The notes below the pieces were generated by a model. The model made no database searches. It was not told the origin of the DNA and saw only the letters and a program-made list of their open reading frames with translations. A stretch of DNA of 62,858 bases, counting the filler, from Chrysochromulina tobinii (taxonomy: Eukaryota), in the NCBI GenBank assembly GCA_001275005.1. It is 7 parts of 7 records of this genome, joined end to end, with 100 filler letters (N's around TTAATTAATTAA, not from the genome) between each part and the next. Parts side by side here need not be neighbours in the genome. Positions count along the whole stretch, not along the records: positions 51,557 to 62,858 come from JWZX01000718.1; 6 more parts are not named here. One strand, 5' to 3'. Of the stretch, positions 51,832 through 62,858 are shown in pieces. The translations under genes were made by a program, and so were the position numbers. The first letter of the stretch is position 1; every line of letters begins with the position of its first letter.

Positions 51832-52454
51832 TCTGGATGATGGATCTGTGTTTAAATCCAGCACAGAGCCACAGACTCAATACCAGAGCTCCTTCCTTCT
51901 GGGGCGGAAATGCGGGAAGCAAACAAGAGTAGCGCATGATGGATTGCGCCGAAGAAGGGGGTTTTGCTTTGTCTCCAGCACATGTCGGATCGCCAGCGGA
52001 TCGCGGTGATAGAGAGATAGACACAGGGGGACGGCGGACTCGGCGGCTCCGGCAGCATGGGGTTAGACGATCGGAGCGAGGTGAATGTGGAGGAGCAGCA
52101 GGAGAGGATGCGGGAAATCGGATCAAAGCATACCATCAGGGGGTGCAGGCGACCACTGGTCACACAGGGTCGCGAGATAGTCCGATAGTGGGGAAGGGAG
52201 CATGAAGGGAGCAAGAGGGATTTGGGTGAAGGTAATGGGCCTTAGATAATAAGCGCGGGTGCTGACGTGTATGTCAAGAATCCCGAGTGGACCCGAGGTG
52301 TACTCCGAGGCGTACCCCCCCATTATTGTTCGCGCAAAGAAGGCCCCATTGGCGAAGGACTCGACACTCGAGGCACGCCTCTTCACAGCCCGCCCACTTT
52401 TGCCAACACCGACTCGCGCGCCGACATCGCGCTGCGCGCGCGCGCGCATCCGTC

Positions 52455-53771
52455 ATGGCACACGATGCAAAGAGTGCGCGCGCCGCATCCGCCAGACCCG
52501 TCCTGCTGCACCGGCAGACCCGTCCTGCTGCACCGGCAGACCCGTCCTGCTGCACCGCCAGGCAGGCGTGCGCACGCTTCCTCACGTGCTCTCTCGCTTC
52601 GCTCTCTCTTGCGTGCGCAGCCAAGGCGATCCTGAGCTTCCTGGAGGCCAAGGCTGCTGACTTCCCTCACGTCGCGGGCGAGCTGGTGCAAATGTCCGAA
52701 CTGTACACGCGCAAGCTCTGGCATCAGATCACGCTCCTGCTACTGGCCGTCTCCGAGATGGACGGCGTCGGGTCGCTGCTGCAGCCACTGTATGAGACCT
52801 TTGTGAGCGACTTCAAGCACCGGCTCAACAAGCTGGCACTCGCACGGCTGCAGGTGGCCGTGACGAAGCAGATGGGCTCGCTCTCACAGCAGACCTTCTT
52901 TTGCACCTCGTGCGCCGAGGAGGCTAAAAAGGAGGACAAGCAAGCGCACAGCTACCTGCTGTGCGAGCTCGCGCGCATGCTGCTGGAGGGCTCCGAGGTG
53001 GCTGGGGCCAAGGAGCGCCTTGACCAGGCGGCCGAGTACCTCGAGGGCGCGGCGGGCGTCGAGGCGATGGTGCAGGCCTCGTATTACCGCGCGTGGGCGA
53101 GCTACTACAAGATCAAGGGCCCCGCGGCCGAGTTTTACCAAAAGGCGCTGCTGCTGCTCGCGTACGCGCCGCTCGAGCAGATGACGCAGGACGAGAAGCT
53201 GACGATCTCCTTCGACCTGGGAATCGCGGCGCTCGTGGGCGAGGGGCTGTACAACTTCGGCGAGCTGCTCGAGCATCCGGTGGTCGCTACGCTCGAACAG
53301 ACGCAGTTCGCTTGGCTCGCTGATCTACTACGCGCCTTCAATGCGGGCGACATTGCACAGTACGAGGCACTCGTGATGGCCCACCGCGCGAGCCTCGAGG
53401 ACCAGCCGGCGCTTCTCGCGAATACGACGTTCCTGAAGGAGAAGATCACCCTCATGTTCCTCACGCAGATGCTCTTTGCGCGCATCGGCCCGTCGGGCGA
53501 GCGCACAGTCCCTTTTCAGGCCATCGCTGAGGGCGCGCGCCTGCAGGTGAGCGAGGTGGAGCTGCTCGTGATGCGCGCGCTCTCGCTGGGGCTGATCAGG
53601 GGCACGCTCGACGAGGTGGACCAGACGCTACGTGTCCACTGGGTGCAGCCGCGCGTCCTCGCCAAGGAGCAGATCGGGCTCATGTCCGAGCGGCTGAAAA
53701 CATGGACCGAGACTGTGCAGAAGACCCTCGTGTTCCTTGAGAACGAGACGCCCGAGTTTGCCACGAGCTGA
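52455..53771 (+). CDS. RPN9: 26S proteasome lid subunit RPN9/PSMD13, 2 exons
   Basis: LYTRKLWHQIT, AALVGEGLYNFGELLEHP and PCI-domain VELLVMRALSLGLIRG.LDEVD...WVQPRVL. Exon 1 is 52455-52473; the in-frame 147-nt intron 52474-52620 (GTGCGC...GCGCAG) contains a 22-mer x3. Confidence 0.93.
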   Translation: MAHDAKSARAASARPVLLHRQTRPAAPADPSCCTARQACARFLTCSLASLSLACAAKAILSFLEAKAADFPHVAGELVQMSELYTRKLWHQITLLLLAVSEMDGVGSLLQPLYETFVSDFKHRLNKLALARLQVAVTKQMGSLSQQTFFCTSCAEEAKKEDKQAHSYLLCELARMLLEGSEVAGAKERLDQAAEYLEGAAGVEAMVQASYYRAWASYYKIKGPAAEFYQKALLLLAYAPLEQMTQDEKLTISFDLGIAALVGEGLYNFGELLEHPVVATLEQTQFAWLADLLRAFNAGDIAQYEALVMAHRASLEDQPALLANTTFLKEKITLMFLTQMLFARIGPSGERTVPFQAIAEGARLQVSEVELLVMRALSLGLIRGTLDEVDQTLRVHWVQPRVLAKEQIGLMSERLKTWTETVQKTLVFLENETPEFATS

Positions 53772-54278
53772 GCAGCGGCCGCGACGCGCGCGGGGGCGCG
53801 GATGGAGTGGCGGCGACCTGCTCTGAGATGTGTGGGCTGTGGCCGCGGTCCGGTGGCCGGGCGGCTCCGTCTGCGTCGTCTCTGCTCCTTGCGCGGCACG
53901 TCGTGCGGCTCATGTGGTCACTGTCAGTTGCGAGTTGGATTTCGCGTTTTGGTAACAATTGTTTGGTAACACGCGAGTGTCATCCGATGAAGGTCTTGCG
54001 TTTCCGATTTCTATTTCTCAGTCTCCGGGAGACGCCTCGATCCGCTCGCCCGCCCAGCGCCGAGATCTCAATAGTATCTCAGTATATTACGGCAAGAGCT
54101 TAGTGCATGGGTCAAATGAGTTACGGCAAAAGTCCAAATGCATTAATCGGATCCATTCCACGAGACGTCAAGAAATCAGCGTCTCCTCCCGGCTCCAAAG
54201 GAGGATCAAGGAGGGCGGATCTAGGGGAGAGTTTTGCAGAACGCCGCGCCCCTCATACGAGGGCCCTCGTGACGACGC

Positions 54279-56255
54279 ATGGAAGCCGAGCCCATCAGCC
54301 CAAACTCGCAGGCGCTCTCCCATGCGGTGCAGTCCAAGCTGCATCGATGGTGCAGCCTTGGCGAGGCGCCCGAATATTATGACCTTTGCAACCGGTGAGC
54401 AGCCACCACTGGGTGCAGGCTTTGCGCGCGCGCGCTTGGTGCGTGCCTTGGGCCTCACCGCGCGCTGATTTCACGCGTGTTTGCGCAGCGGGCCGCACAA
54501 GCCCACCGTCTCGCACCCTCTCAACCGCTTTGGCGGCAACATGGGCCCGTACGTGGACGCGATGCTGCCTCTTAGGTCGGTCGAGTACATCAACGCGTCG
54601 CCCCATCGACAACCTGGGCGAGGGCGCACCCCTGGTTCGTGGCCACCATGTGCCCCAAGCGCGAGACGTTTGCGCACTTTTGGTCCATGGTGTGGGAGAT
54701 GGGCTCGCGCGTGATCATCAACCTGACGCACGAGCGCGACCGCGTAGGCTCCGGACCGAGCGACAAGCGCGAGCGGTACTGGCCGCCGTTTAATGACGTG
54801 GACGAGCGCGAGCTCGCGCACTGGCCCATACTGCCGCGCACCCTCTTCACCGAGTCGTGCGAGCAGGTGCCCGCGCTCCTGCGCTACGCAATCGAGCTCT
54901 CAGGACCGGTGCCACGCGACGGCGGCCCGCGGCCCACACGCGTGGTCGCACTGTACTGGTATTCTCGCTGGATCGACTTCCCGTCATCGACCTCGATCGG
55001 CTCGCGCCCGTTTTATGAGAACGCGTGGGCCGTGCTGCACATTGCGATGCACGTGAACTCAGAGTTGGTGCGTCGCCTCGTCCCACCCGTCCCCCTCCCC
55101 CCCCTTGCCCCGCCCCCCAACATCCCCTCGCCCCTCGCGCCCCCCACCTCGGCAGCATGAACTCGGCCAGAAGCATTGGGCAGTGTGCCACTGCTCGGCG
55201 GGGGTAGGACGCACGGGCACGTTCATTGCGCTGACGCGGCTGCTGCGCCTGCTTCCGACGGTGGCCGACGAGCCTTCGCTGGACAAGGCGATCACTGCTA
55301 CGATCGAGGCGATGCGCGACAGGTACTCTTTCTCAGGATGGACCTCTGATTGTCTCCCTCATCAGATACTCTTTCTCAGGATGGCCCTCTGATGACCCCC
55401 TCTGATCAGCCCCTCTGATGACCCTTCTGATGACCCCCTCTGATTGTCTCCCTCATCAGGCGTCTGTGGATGGTCAAGACGGACATCGAGTACGCGACCC
55501 TCTATGCGGCGGTGCTTCTGCGCCTGCGCAACCCGGATCCGGACGAATTCGCGCTCACGTGGCCCCTCAAAGACGGTGCGAGGACCGTCACCTTCGATCG
55601 CGACCGCTTTTCCCCCCGAGCGGGGCTGTTCAACCCAACCCCGAAGCTCGAGCTCGATGCAGCCATGGAGGATCAGGAGAGCACGGACCCTTCGGTCATG
55701 GCGACGCTCGCGGCTGTGGAAGCAGCAGCCAAAGAGAGAGCGTCGCCCGCGCACCGCCAAGTGGGCGCCGTAGCGGGCGAGCCAACTGCCGTCCGCAAGG
55801 TGACGTCCTCCAAAGACGCCCACCACGGCGCCCGACCCGTGCCTTTGCATCAAGTGCTCACCACGGCGCCTCTCCCTTCTTCACAGGTGCCTTCACAGGT
55901 GCCGTCCTCGACGACGGCCAAAGACGGCAGCAGTGGCGTCAATGCCGGAGGTAGACAGTCCGGCGGAGGTGGCATTGAGCTTCCGGCGCATGGGGCATCG
56001 CTGCACGTGCGCACGCCAGAGGAGGAGGACGAGAACGCCATCGGAGGAGACGCGGCCGCGGCTCGGGGTCCCCTCGTACCACCCAGCGGTCTGCACTCTG
56101 CGCTGCGCACCTCGCATGCCGGCGCTCGCGGCCCTGCCTTCATGCCGAGCCTCGAGGACTACGTCCCAGAGGACTGGGTGGACAACTCGGCCGACTGCGC
56201 GAAATACATCGGCGTTGACGTGTCCTCGAGCGCGAATGCACCAAAGCCGAGCTGA
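54279..56255 (+). CDS. Classical protein tyrosine phosphatase, 4 exons, with two apparent +1 frameshifts in C-runs
   Basis: LNRF, EYINAS, FVATMCP...FWSMVWE..SRVIINLT, RYWP, WIDF and HCSAGVGRTG. Introns at 54395-54488, 55068-55155 and 55323-55459. Extra C at 54601-54604 and 54629-54632. Confidence 0.85.
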
Positions 56256-56750
56256 CGGCACATGGGCGCCGAAAGCGCGCGCGGTCGTCAAGGCGTCACT
56301 ATCCCGGTCTGAGCCGACGAGATCGAGCAAATTCATCCCCTATATGATCTCAACGCACAAGGGGGGGGATCTACAACGCATCTACAACGCATAGGGGGTA
56401 AGCCCTCTGTGACTTGGACACTCAAGTCACCGAGGGTTTACTCGGTATCCCCCCGGCTCTCGCGCGGCTGTGTGCGACTGTGCGTACGGGGGGTGGGTGG
56501 ATGGCGCACATGGCGGTTGCCGAGGCGGAGAAGCAACTCAGAACAGTACACACGGCACGGTACGGTAGTTACAAGTACAACTCGTGTCAACGCGTGTCAC
56601 AACGTGTCAACACGTCAACCCGTGCCTTCGATCCTTTTTTGTCCCGTCGGCGACCGCGCCGAGGGGGGGGCGATCAACGAGAACGACGCATCGCATCGGG
56701 CCTTCGGCAGACCGCCCGCTCGGGTTTCTCTAAATTCGGCCTCGGGAAAA

Positions 56751-57625
56751 ATGTCGCCAGCCAAGCCACAGACCGATCGCTATCGCATAGCCACAGGGCG
56801 CCTCGCCGAGCTCGCAGCGGTTACGTCGCCGCCTTCATCGTGCGAGCTGCACCATGGAGACACGCTCGATGCCACGCTGCGCCGGCAGTGCCTCGACCTT
56901 GCGCGGCGCAACCTTCAGGGTTTTGCAATTTGGGACGGAGCCGGAAAGCGAGAGGAGCTTTGCCATGAGGACACGCGGGTGGTCGCGCTCCGGCAAGGGG
57001 GCGGTCTACTCGGTTATGCTACGTACCGCCTTACCAAGGAGGAGGGTGTCGACGTCGCCTACCTTTACGAATTGCACCTCGAGGAGCGCGCAAGAGGCCT
57101 TCGGTATGCGCTCACTCAAACTCCGCACTCGCGCACAATCGCGCAAGCTCCTTGGGCACGCCCAGCCATCCCCGCACGCCACAATGTATGCTCACCTGCC
57201 GCGAGAGAGGCGTCCAAACCTACAGATTAGGCTCGGCGCTCGTCGAAGAGGTCGAGCAACGTGGGCGCCAGGGGGGGGCCGCTGGCTTAATGCTAACCGT
57301 CCACCTGGCCAACGAGTCGGCGCGACGCTTCTACACAGACAAACTACACTTCGAGGTCTCACCAATCTCACCTGCGAGCTGCGCCCCGCCTGTGCTCGCG
57401 GCCGGCTGCGACTACGAGGTGCTGCAGCGGCTGTGGGACCTGGCCGCCCGCTCCCGGCTACAAAAGCGCGGCGCGGAGGCCCGCCGGGAGCTGTACACGC
57501 GAGAGATCGAGCAAGGCCGGCTGAAGGTGAGCCTCGTCATGAAGCGAGGCGGGGCGACGGGCGAGGCGGCCGGCGAGTCCGTCGGCGCTGCCGAAAGTTG
57601 GCAGCGCAAAAAGAGTAGGAGATGA
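56751..57625 (+). CDS. NAA40: N-alpha-acetyltransferase 40 (NatD)-like GNAT, 2 exons
   Basis: W....KREEL, LLGYATYRL..EEG.DVAYLYELHLE, ARGLR|LGSAL, LMLTVHLANESARRFY and FEVSPISP. Intron 57104-57225 (GTATGC...TACAG). Confidence 0.8.
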
Positions 57626-57756
57626 TGAACCGTGCGCGGCGACGACCGCGAACAGCGGGCCAGCGCGTTACTTAACGAGTTACAGTGTTCCCATTAAGAT
57701 ATATAGTCTTTAACTACTCGAATTACCTCGCGGCACGCGGGGCCTGAGTGTTCAGT

Positions 57757-60108
57757 TCAGTACCCCGGAAGTTCCTTGCGAAGATAATTTATCGTCTTCT
57801 GCAGCTTGGCCACCTCCTGTGCGTGCGCGGTCGCAATCTTGGAATTCTTGATGCGCTCTGCCTTCATCTGGTCGACCCAGGTGTTGGTGATCGATTCGTG
57901 CTGCTTCTCAAAGTCTTTGAGCTGCTGCAGCGCAGCCGTCTCTCTCCTCAACAACTCCTGCTCGCGTGCCTCCATCTGGCCGACCTCTCGCTGCAAGTCG
58001 CGCAGTCTGTCCGCCGCCGCGACCAATGCTGCCTGGAGTCCCCCCTTGGCCTTCTCTGACGCCTCGAGCTTAGCCTCGAGATCGCACGTGTCGAGATGCT
58101 GCTGCTGCCGCTCGAGCGAATGCGCCTGTGCCTCCGCGCGCTTGGCCGCCGCGAGCTCATCTAGTTGCTGCTGCATCGCCGCCTCGCGCGCACTCGCGGC
58201 AGCGCGTTGCTCCTCAAGCGCCTCGACGAATTCAGATTGCGCGATCTCGGCTGATCTCCCCTTGGCTGCGAGCGCGGACTTAAGCTCAGAGACCCATTCT
58301 TCAGCCTGCTCCTTTTGGCGCGCGAGGCTCGCGTTCAAGTCGCTCGCCCTCTCGGCCCCCAGCTCGCGCGCCTGCGCCAGATCTCGCTTGAGCTCCGCGA
58401 TCTCGACTTCCAGAGCGGAGCGAGATTGCGAGAGCGCCGCGTGGGCCTCAGCCGTCTGACCCTCGAGCGCCTCACGCATCGTTCGCTTGAGCTCGTGCTC
58501 CCGCGCCTCCGCCTGCGTGCGCTGCTGCTCGAGCGACTTGACGAATTCGGCCGCCTGCTCCGACGCGAGATGACGCTGAGCTGCGAGCTCCCTCTGCATC
58601 TCGTCCGCGCGCGCCTCAGCCTCGCGACGCTGGTGCGCCATCGACTGCTCCAGCTCTACTTCCCGCTCCCTCGCGGCAAGGCGCAGCCTCTCTATGGTTT
58701 GGAGGTACTGCGCCTCCATGGCCTCGCTTGACGCCTTCTGCTGGGCAAGGCGAGCTTTCACAGCCGCGGCCTCGAGCTTCTCTCCCGCGAGCTTCTCTGT
58801 CATCGAGAGCTCGAGCTCGCGCGAGATGACCTCGAGCTCGCGCGAGATGACCTCGAGCTCGCGCGAGATGACCTCGGCGCTCTCCTGGGCGCAGCGCAGC
58901 TGCTCGCACTCGGCCACCTTGGCGTTGAGCCGCTCGAGTACTGCGCCGTGCGAGCTCGTCGCCTCGGCGACCATCCGCTTGAGCGTCTCTATCTCGCCTG
59001 TGAGCTGCTGGTTGCGCTGCTGCTCGGCCTGAGCAGCACCCTCAAGCATCCGAAGCTCACGCTGCAAGCTCGCGAGATTCTCGTCGCGCTCGATCAGCTC
59101 GCGACTCTGGCGCTCGCACTTGGCTGCCAGCTCACGCTCCGAGCGCTCGAAGGACTCGAGCCGCATGCGCAGCCGGCTGATGGGGTCGTCATCATCCCTA
59201 ATTTGGGTGTCCTGTCCACAGTCGCGCGGCTCGCTTATCTCGGATCCAAGCTCGCGCTCCACCACGCCCCTCGAAAGCGCGCGCATGCCATCGTCAAATT
59301 TGCGGCAGCGTGCCGCCTCCTTGCGGACTTGCTCGCGCGCGGTGACGAGCTCCGCTTCGAGGCTGGCACGCTCGTCATTCTGGCTGCGCAGCTGCGCGTC
59401 GCGCTGCGCTAGCCACTCCTCTTGCTGAAGCAGCAAGGTTCGCAGCTCGGCCAAGCGCTCGCGATCAACGCTCGTCTGGTGCTGCGCCTCGAGCAGCGAG
59501 GCGTGCATCGACTTGATGTCGGCCGTGACCAGCGAGCGCAGTCCGTAAGCCTCCACGCGGAGCGGGCGCAGCGCTTGCGTTGCGGCGGTTTCGAGCTGCG
59601 CCAGCACGCGCGCAAGGTTGCTGACATGGTGGTAAGCGCCACGTAGCACGATTTTAGCCTCAATGCGCTCCTCTGTATTCAGGTTTCGGACCGCGGCCAC
59701 CACATGCGAGTCCACATCGGCCGTCGCACGCAACACCTCCCCGCGCACACGTGAGGCTTGCCGTAGCGCCTCCATGAACGTAGATTCAGCAGCATTCGAG
59801 TGCGCGCTCAGCTCGCCCAGGCGACTTTGGCGGCCTGGCTCGTCCAGCGCCCGGGGATGGCTTTGGCGATCGGTCAAGGGCTCTTTTGACTGCAATTGCT
59901 GGTAGAGGTCTTTGGTACGTGGCGATGGCTGCACGTGATGCTGAATCGATGTTCTCGGCGGCGACGGAGTTTGCTGCCACGGTGTTCTCGGCGGCGAAGG
60001 AGTTCGCTCCCACGGCGTTCTCAGCGGCGGCGGAGTGTCCTCCCAGCGAACTCCTTGTGAGCCCCTTGGAGCGGACTGCGCACGGAGGGACCACAACTCC
60101 GTCGACAT
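57757..60108 (-). CDS. Long coiled-coil protein
   Basis: Heptad-rich E/Q/R/A sequence. First in-frame ATG at 60108 (the track start is TTG). TP(S/P)P.RT x3 and EVISREL x3 repeats. Confidence 0.8.
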   Translation of the reverse strand: MSTELWSLRAQSAPRGSQGVRWEDTPPPLRTPWERTPSPPRTPWQQTPSPPRTSIQHHVQPSPRTKDLYQQLQSKEPLTDRQSHPRALDEPGRQSRLGELSAHSNAAESTFMEALRQASRVRGEVLRATADVDSHVVAAVRNLNTEERIEAKIVLRGAYHHVSNLARVLAQLETAATQALRPLRVEAYGLRSLVTADIKSMHASLLEAQHQTSVDRERLAELRTLLLQQEEWLAQRDAQLRSQNDERASLEAELVTAREQVRKEAARCRKFDDGMRALSRGVVERELGSEISEPRDCGQDTQIRDDDDPISRLRMRLESFERSERELAAKCERQSRELIERDENLASLQRELRMLEGAAQAEQQRNQQLTGEIETLKRMVAEATSSHGAVLERLNAKVAECEQLRCAQESAEVISRELEVISRELEVISRELELSMTEKLAGEKLEAAAVKARLAQQKASSEAMEAQYLQTIERLRLAAREREVELEQSMAHQRREAEARADEMQRELAAQRHLASEQAAEFVKSLEQQRTQAEAREHELKRTMREALEGQTAEAHAALSQSRSALEVEIAELKRDLAQARELGAERASDLNASLARQKEQAEEWVSELKSALAAKGRSAEIAQSEFVEALEEQRAAASAREAAMQQQLDELAAAKRAEAQAHSLERQQQHLDTCDLEAKLEASEKAKGGLQAALVAAADRLRDLQREVGQMEAREQELLRRETAALQQLKDFEKQHESITNTWVDQMKAERIKNSKIATAHAQEVAKLQKTINYLRKELPGY

Positions 60109-60598
60109 CGGTTCCGCCTTGGCCTTCCGTCCAGGCGCACGCGCGGTTTCATCATCGGCGTTCAAGGGGGAAAACCGCCACGACTCACAGCATCATCTCG
60201 GGGCCAGAATCTTCTATGCAGATCTCATATCCACACTCGGGTGACCACAGTCCGGTCCGGTCTTTGCACATGGTGTCACACGCGCGGCGCACACACGCCC
60301 CGTGCCGTGTGTGCGATCGATGGGTAGTACAAACAGAGGTACAAACAGGAGTGCCAGTCCGCGCCGCTTCCGCCGCCCGAGCCGTCTCTCCTCTCCCCAG
60401 GCGCCGTGGATGGCGCCGGCCCGCGTCCAGTCGCGGGCCCGTTGCCGTCGAAGTCACGATTCATGCCCCTGGCGCCGTCGCGCCGTCGAAGCCCATGTCC
60501 TCAAACTCGAACGGCTGCTGCTGCTGCTTTTTTTGGTTGGTTGGTTGTCCTTCGCCCACGTCTCCCCGCTGCCGCGCCCCTTGCCGGAGATGAAGAAG

Positions 60599-62579
60599 TC
60601 AGCGAGCCTGGCGCCCGTATGCACCGCCGTACGCTTGCGGCGGCGGCGGCTGGTAGTACGGGTTGTTGACGTGAGGGGGAGGCGGGTGGTGGCCGCCGGC
60701 CGGCGGGCCGCCGTGGTGCGAGCCGTCGAAAAAGGAGCCGCCGCCCGCGCCATCGGGGCGATGGCGATTGGGCGGTCGATAGCCCGGCGGCGCGTGGTAC
60801 GGATTCCCACCGCCACCTCCCGGCACCTGGTAGGCCCCGCCGGGGTCTGCGCGCGACGAGGGCCCCCAGGTGGGAGGGCGGTGGGCCGAGGAGCGTTCGT
60901 ACGGCGGTGGGGCGTTCGGCGGAGGGTAGCCGCCCCCTCCGCCGTGCTGCTGTTGCGCAGGGTGGTGGTACGGATTTGGTGGCGCGTGCCCATTGCCACC
61001 GTATCCAGGCAAAGGGCGCTGGTCCGGTGGCGGCATGCCGCCGTGGGCGCCAGCGCCGTACGGGGCGCTGGGGTCGTGCTTCTTGTCATGGTGGCCGTGC
61101 GGTTCCGCGGTGGATGCGACTGGCGCTGGCGCCGGCGCTGGTGGCTGCTGCTGCGCCTGCTGCGCATTCGCCTGCCGCCGCTTCTTGGCGGTGAACTCGT
61201 GCGAGGGCGGATACTTGGGCAGCTCCGCTGGCAACGCTGGCATTGGATCGGTCCAAAAGTATTCGTGATTGAGCGCCTCATCGGCCGAGATGCGCTTCTC
61301 CGGGTCGAGGGTCAGTAGCTTGCGCAGGAGGTCCTTCGCCGTCGGGTCGAGCGTCGAAAACTTCTCGTCGAAACGGTTCGAGTACCTGCGCGGCACCTGC
61401 GACAGGATGAGGTCGTAGTACTTGAGCGCCTTGCAGCGGGGCCACTCAGCCTCGTCCGGAGTGCCGAGCAGTTTGAAGATGAGGTCGATCTGCTCAAACT
61501 CGTTCTTGCCCGGCAGGATGGGCTTGCGCAAGAGCAGCTCGGCGAAGATGCATCCGGCCGACCACATGTCGATCGCCGGCCCGTACATGCTCGCGCCCAG
61601 GAGGAGCTCCGGCGGGCGGTACCAAAGCGTGATCACGCGATTCGTGTACTCATGCTGCTTCTCCGAGTCGTACGCCCGCGCGAGGCCAAAGTCGGCCAGC
61701 TTGAGCTGCCCATCGTGGCTAATGAGCAGGTTGGAGCCTTTGATGTCGCGATGCAGCACCTTCTGAGCGTGGCAGTATGCCAGGCCCTCGAGGAGCTGCT
61801 TCATGTAACACTTAATCTGCGGGACGATGAACTTTTGTCCCGCATCGGTCAGACCCGTTAGGTCATGGTCGCAAAACTCCATCACCATGTAGATGGAGCC
61901 TTTGCCTTGATTGTACTCGGCGCCTGGCGAGCGGAGGGGCACACAGGCACCCAGGTGGGGCGGCTGCACGCGCGCACACATCCACGGCGGCACGGGGCGC
62001 GGACGGGAGCCCCGCGGGCGCGACGGCCGCGCGTACCCTTCGACGTGACAATCTCCTTGAGCCGCACCACATTCTTGTGGTTCAGCACCTTGAGAATCTT
62101 GATCTCGCGAATGGCGGTAATCGGAAACTGAGCAAAGCACGCGCGACGGGCGGCTAAGGCGGTCACCCCTCTGGTGACACTCCTTCCAGGGCGGGCGCAT
62201 CGGCGGGCATCGTCTGCAGCAGCGGCCGGGGCTCCATCCCCGGCGTGGGCGAGGCGCGCGAGCGCGTGCGGCTGCGCGCGCGCGAGCCGCTGGCTCACCC
62301 CCTCCTTCTCATTGTCCATTCGGACACGCTTGAGAGCCACCACCTCCCCAGTCTCCTTGTTGCGTGCCTTGTACACTTGCCTGGGGCATCGGGCGGGGGG
62401 CAAGCATCCGTTGAGGACATGCATCCCGCGGAAGCTCGCGCGCGCGTCCTCAGCGCGCTACACCACGCCAGCACTCACCCGTAAGTCCCCTCGCCAACTT
62501 GACTCTCGGCAGAGAACTCGAAGATGTCGACAGACCTCGAGCCCCTCTGCCGCTTTTGTCCCGCCGACATTCCGTCCAT
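60599..62579 (-). CDS. CDK9: Cyclin-dependent kinase C / CDK9 family (PITAIRE), 4 exons, Pro/Gly/His-rich tail
   Basis: VGEGTYG|QVYKA...VALKRV..EKEG|FPITAIREIKIL...SK|G...HRDIKGSNLL, LADFGLAR and YTNRVITLWYRPPELLLG. Introns 62381-62478, 62128-62298 and 61924-62036 are all GT..AG and in phase. Confidence 0.93.
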
Positions 62580-62858
62580 CCCACCGCTCCACCGTTCAAC
62601 CTCAGGCACCGAGACCTGAGGCCCTTGCAGGAGGCGCCCACCACCGACCACCTGCAAGGTCTCGAGAACGAGACTTGACCGAACTGTGAACCGCTATCGA
62701 TAGTTTTGCCGATGCACCGTCGCGGGGTGGTCTGTAACGGTAGTGACGATTTTTGGGGATTGCTCAGATGGTGCCGTACAGTCGAAATTTTTGGCATTGG
62801 CCGGGAGGGGGGAGGGGGGGGGGGGGGGGCTCGACTCTTTGTGTTTTTTGTATCTTTT

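Noticed and set aside
1..62858. tRNA, rRNA or snRNA genes
   Set aside because: GGTTCGA occurrences checked by eye lacked cloverleaf context and no rRNA-like sequence was seen. tRNAscan-SE or Infernal would be needed to exclude them fully.

Overview
This is eukaryotic, GC-rich nuclear DNA, most likely from a haptophyte alga (Chrysochromulina-like; inferred from intron style, plastid-type presequences, ciliary genes and Pro-rich surface proteins). It is not one locus. Seven unrelated contigs are joined by six artificial 100-nt spacers (44 N + TTAATTAATTAA + 44 N), so neighbourhood across spacers means nothing. About 28 genes or gene fragments are supported, several with introns I resolved by hand. 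Recognisable products: O-fucosyltransferase-like, two 2OG-Fe(II) oxygenases, VTT/DedA-like membrane protein, ArfGAP, SHIPPO/STPG, GST, NAR1, GH16, MFS-like, RABL2, IQ-PH, GH79 heparanase-like, F-box/beta-helix, RPN9, PTP, NAA40-like and CDK9/CDKC. The top finding is a hidden selenoprotein candidate. The rhodanese-fold ORF the track stops at 8142 continues through an in-frame TGA at the catalytic Cys position (H-U-RSGGG-R, a 7-residue HCX5R-type loop) into a canonical rhodanese C-terminus. A SECIS-like hairpin with an atypical apical bulge lies in its 3'UTR. Other notable signals: a family of repeat-filled introns sharing the 3' end CCTCATCAG, with duplication signatures suggesting intron gain; and beta-helix surface proteins built from near-identical nucleotide rungs separated by hypervariable loops, fused to F-type lectin, CUB or LamG modules. 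All product calls come from motif recognition; no database searches were run.
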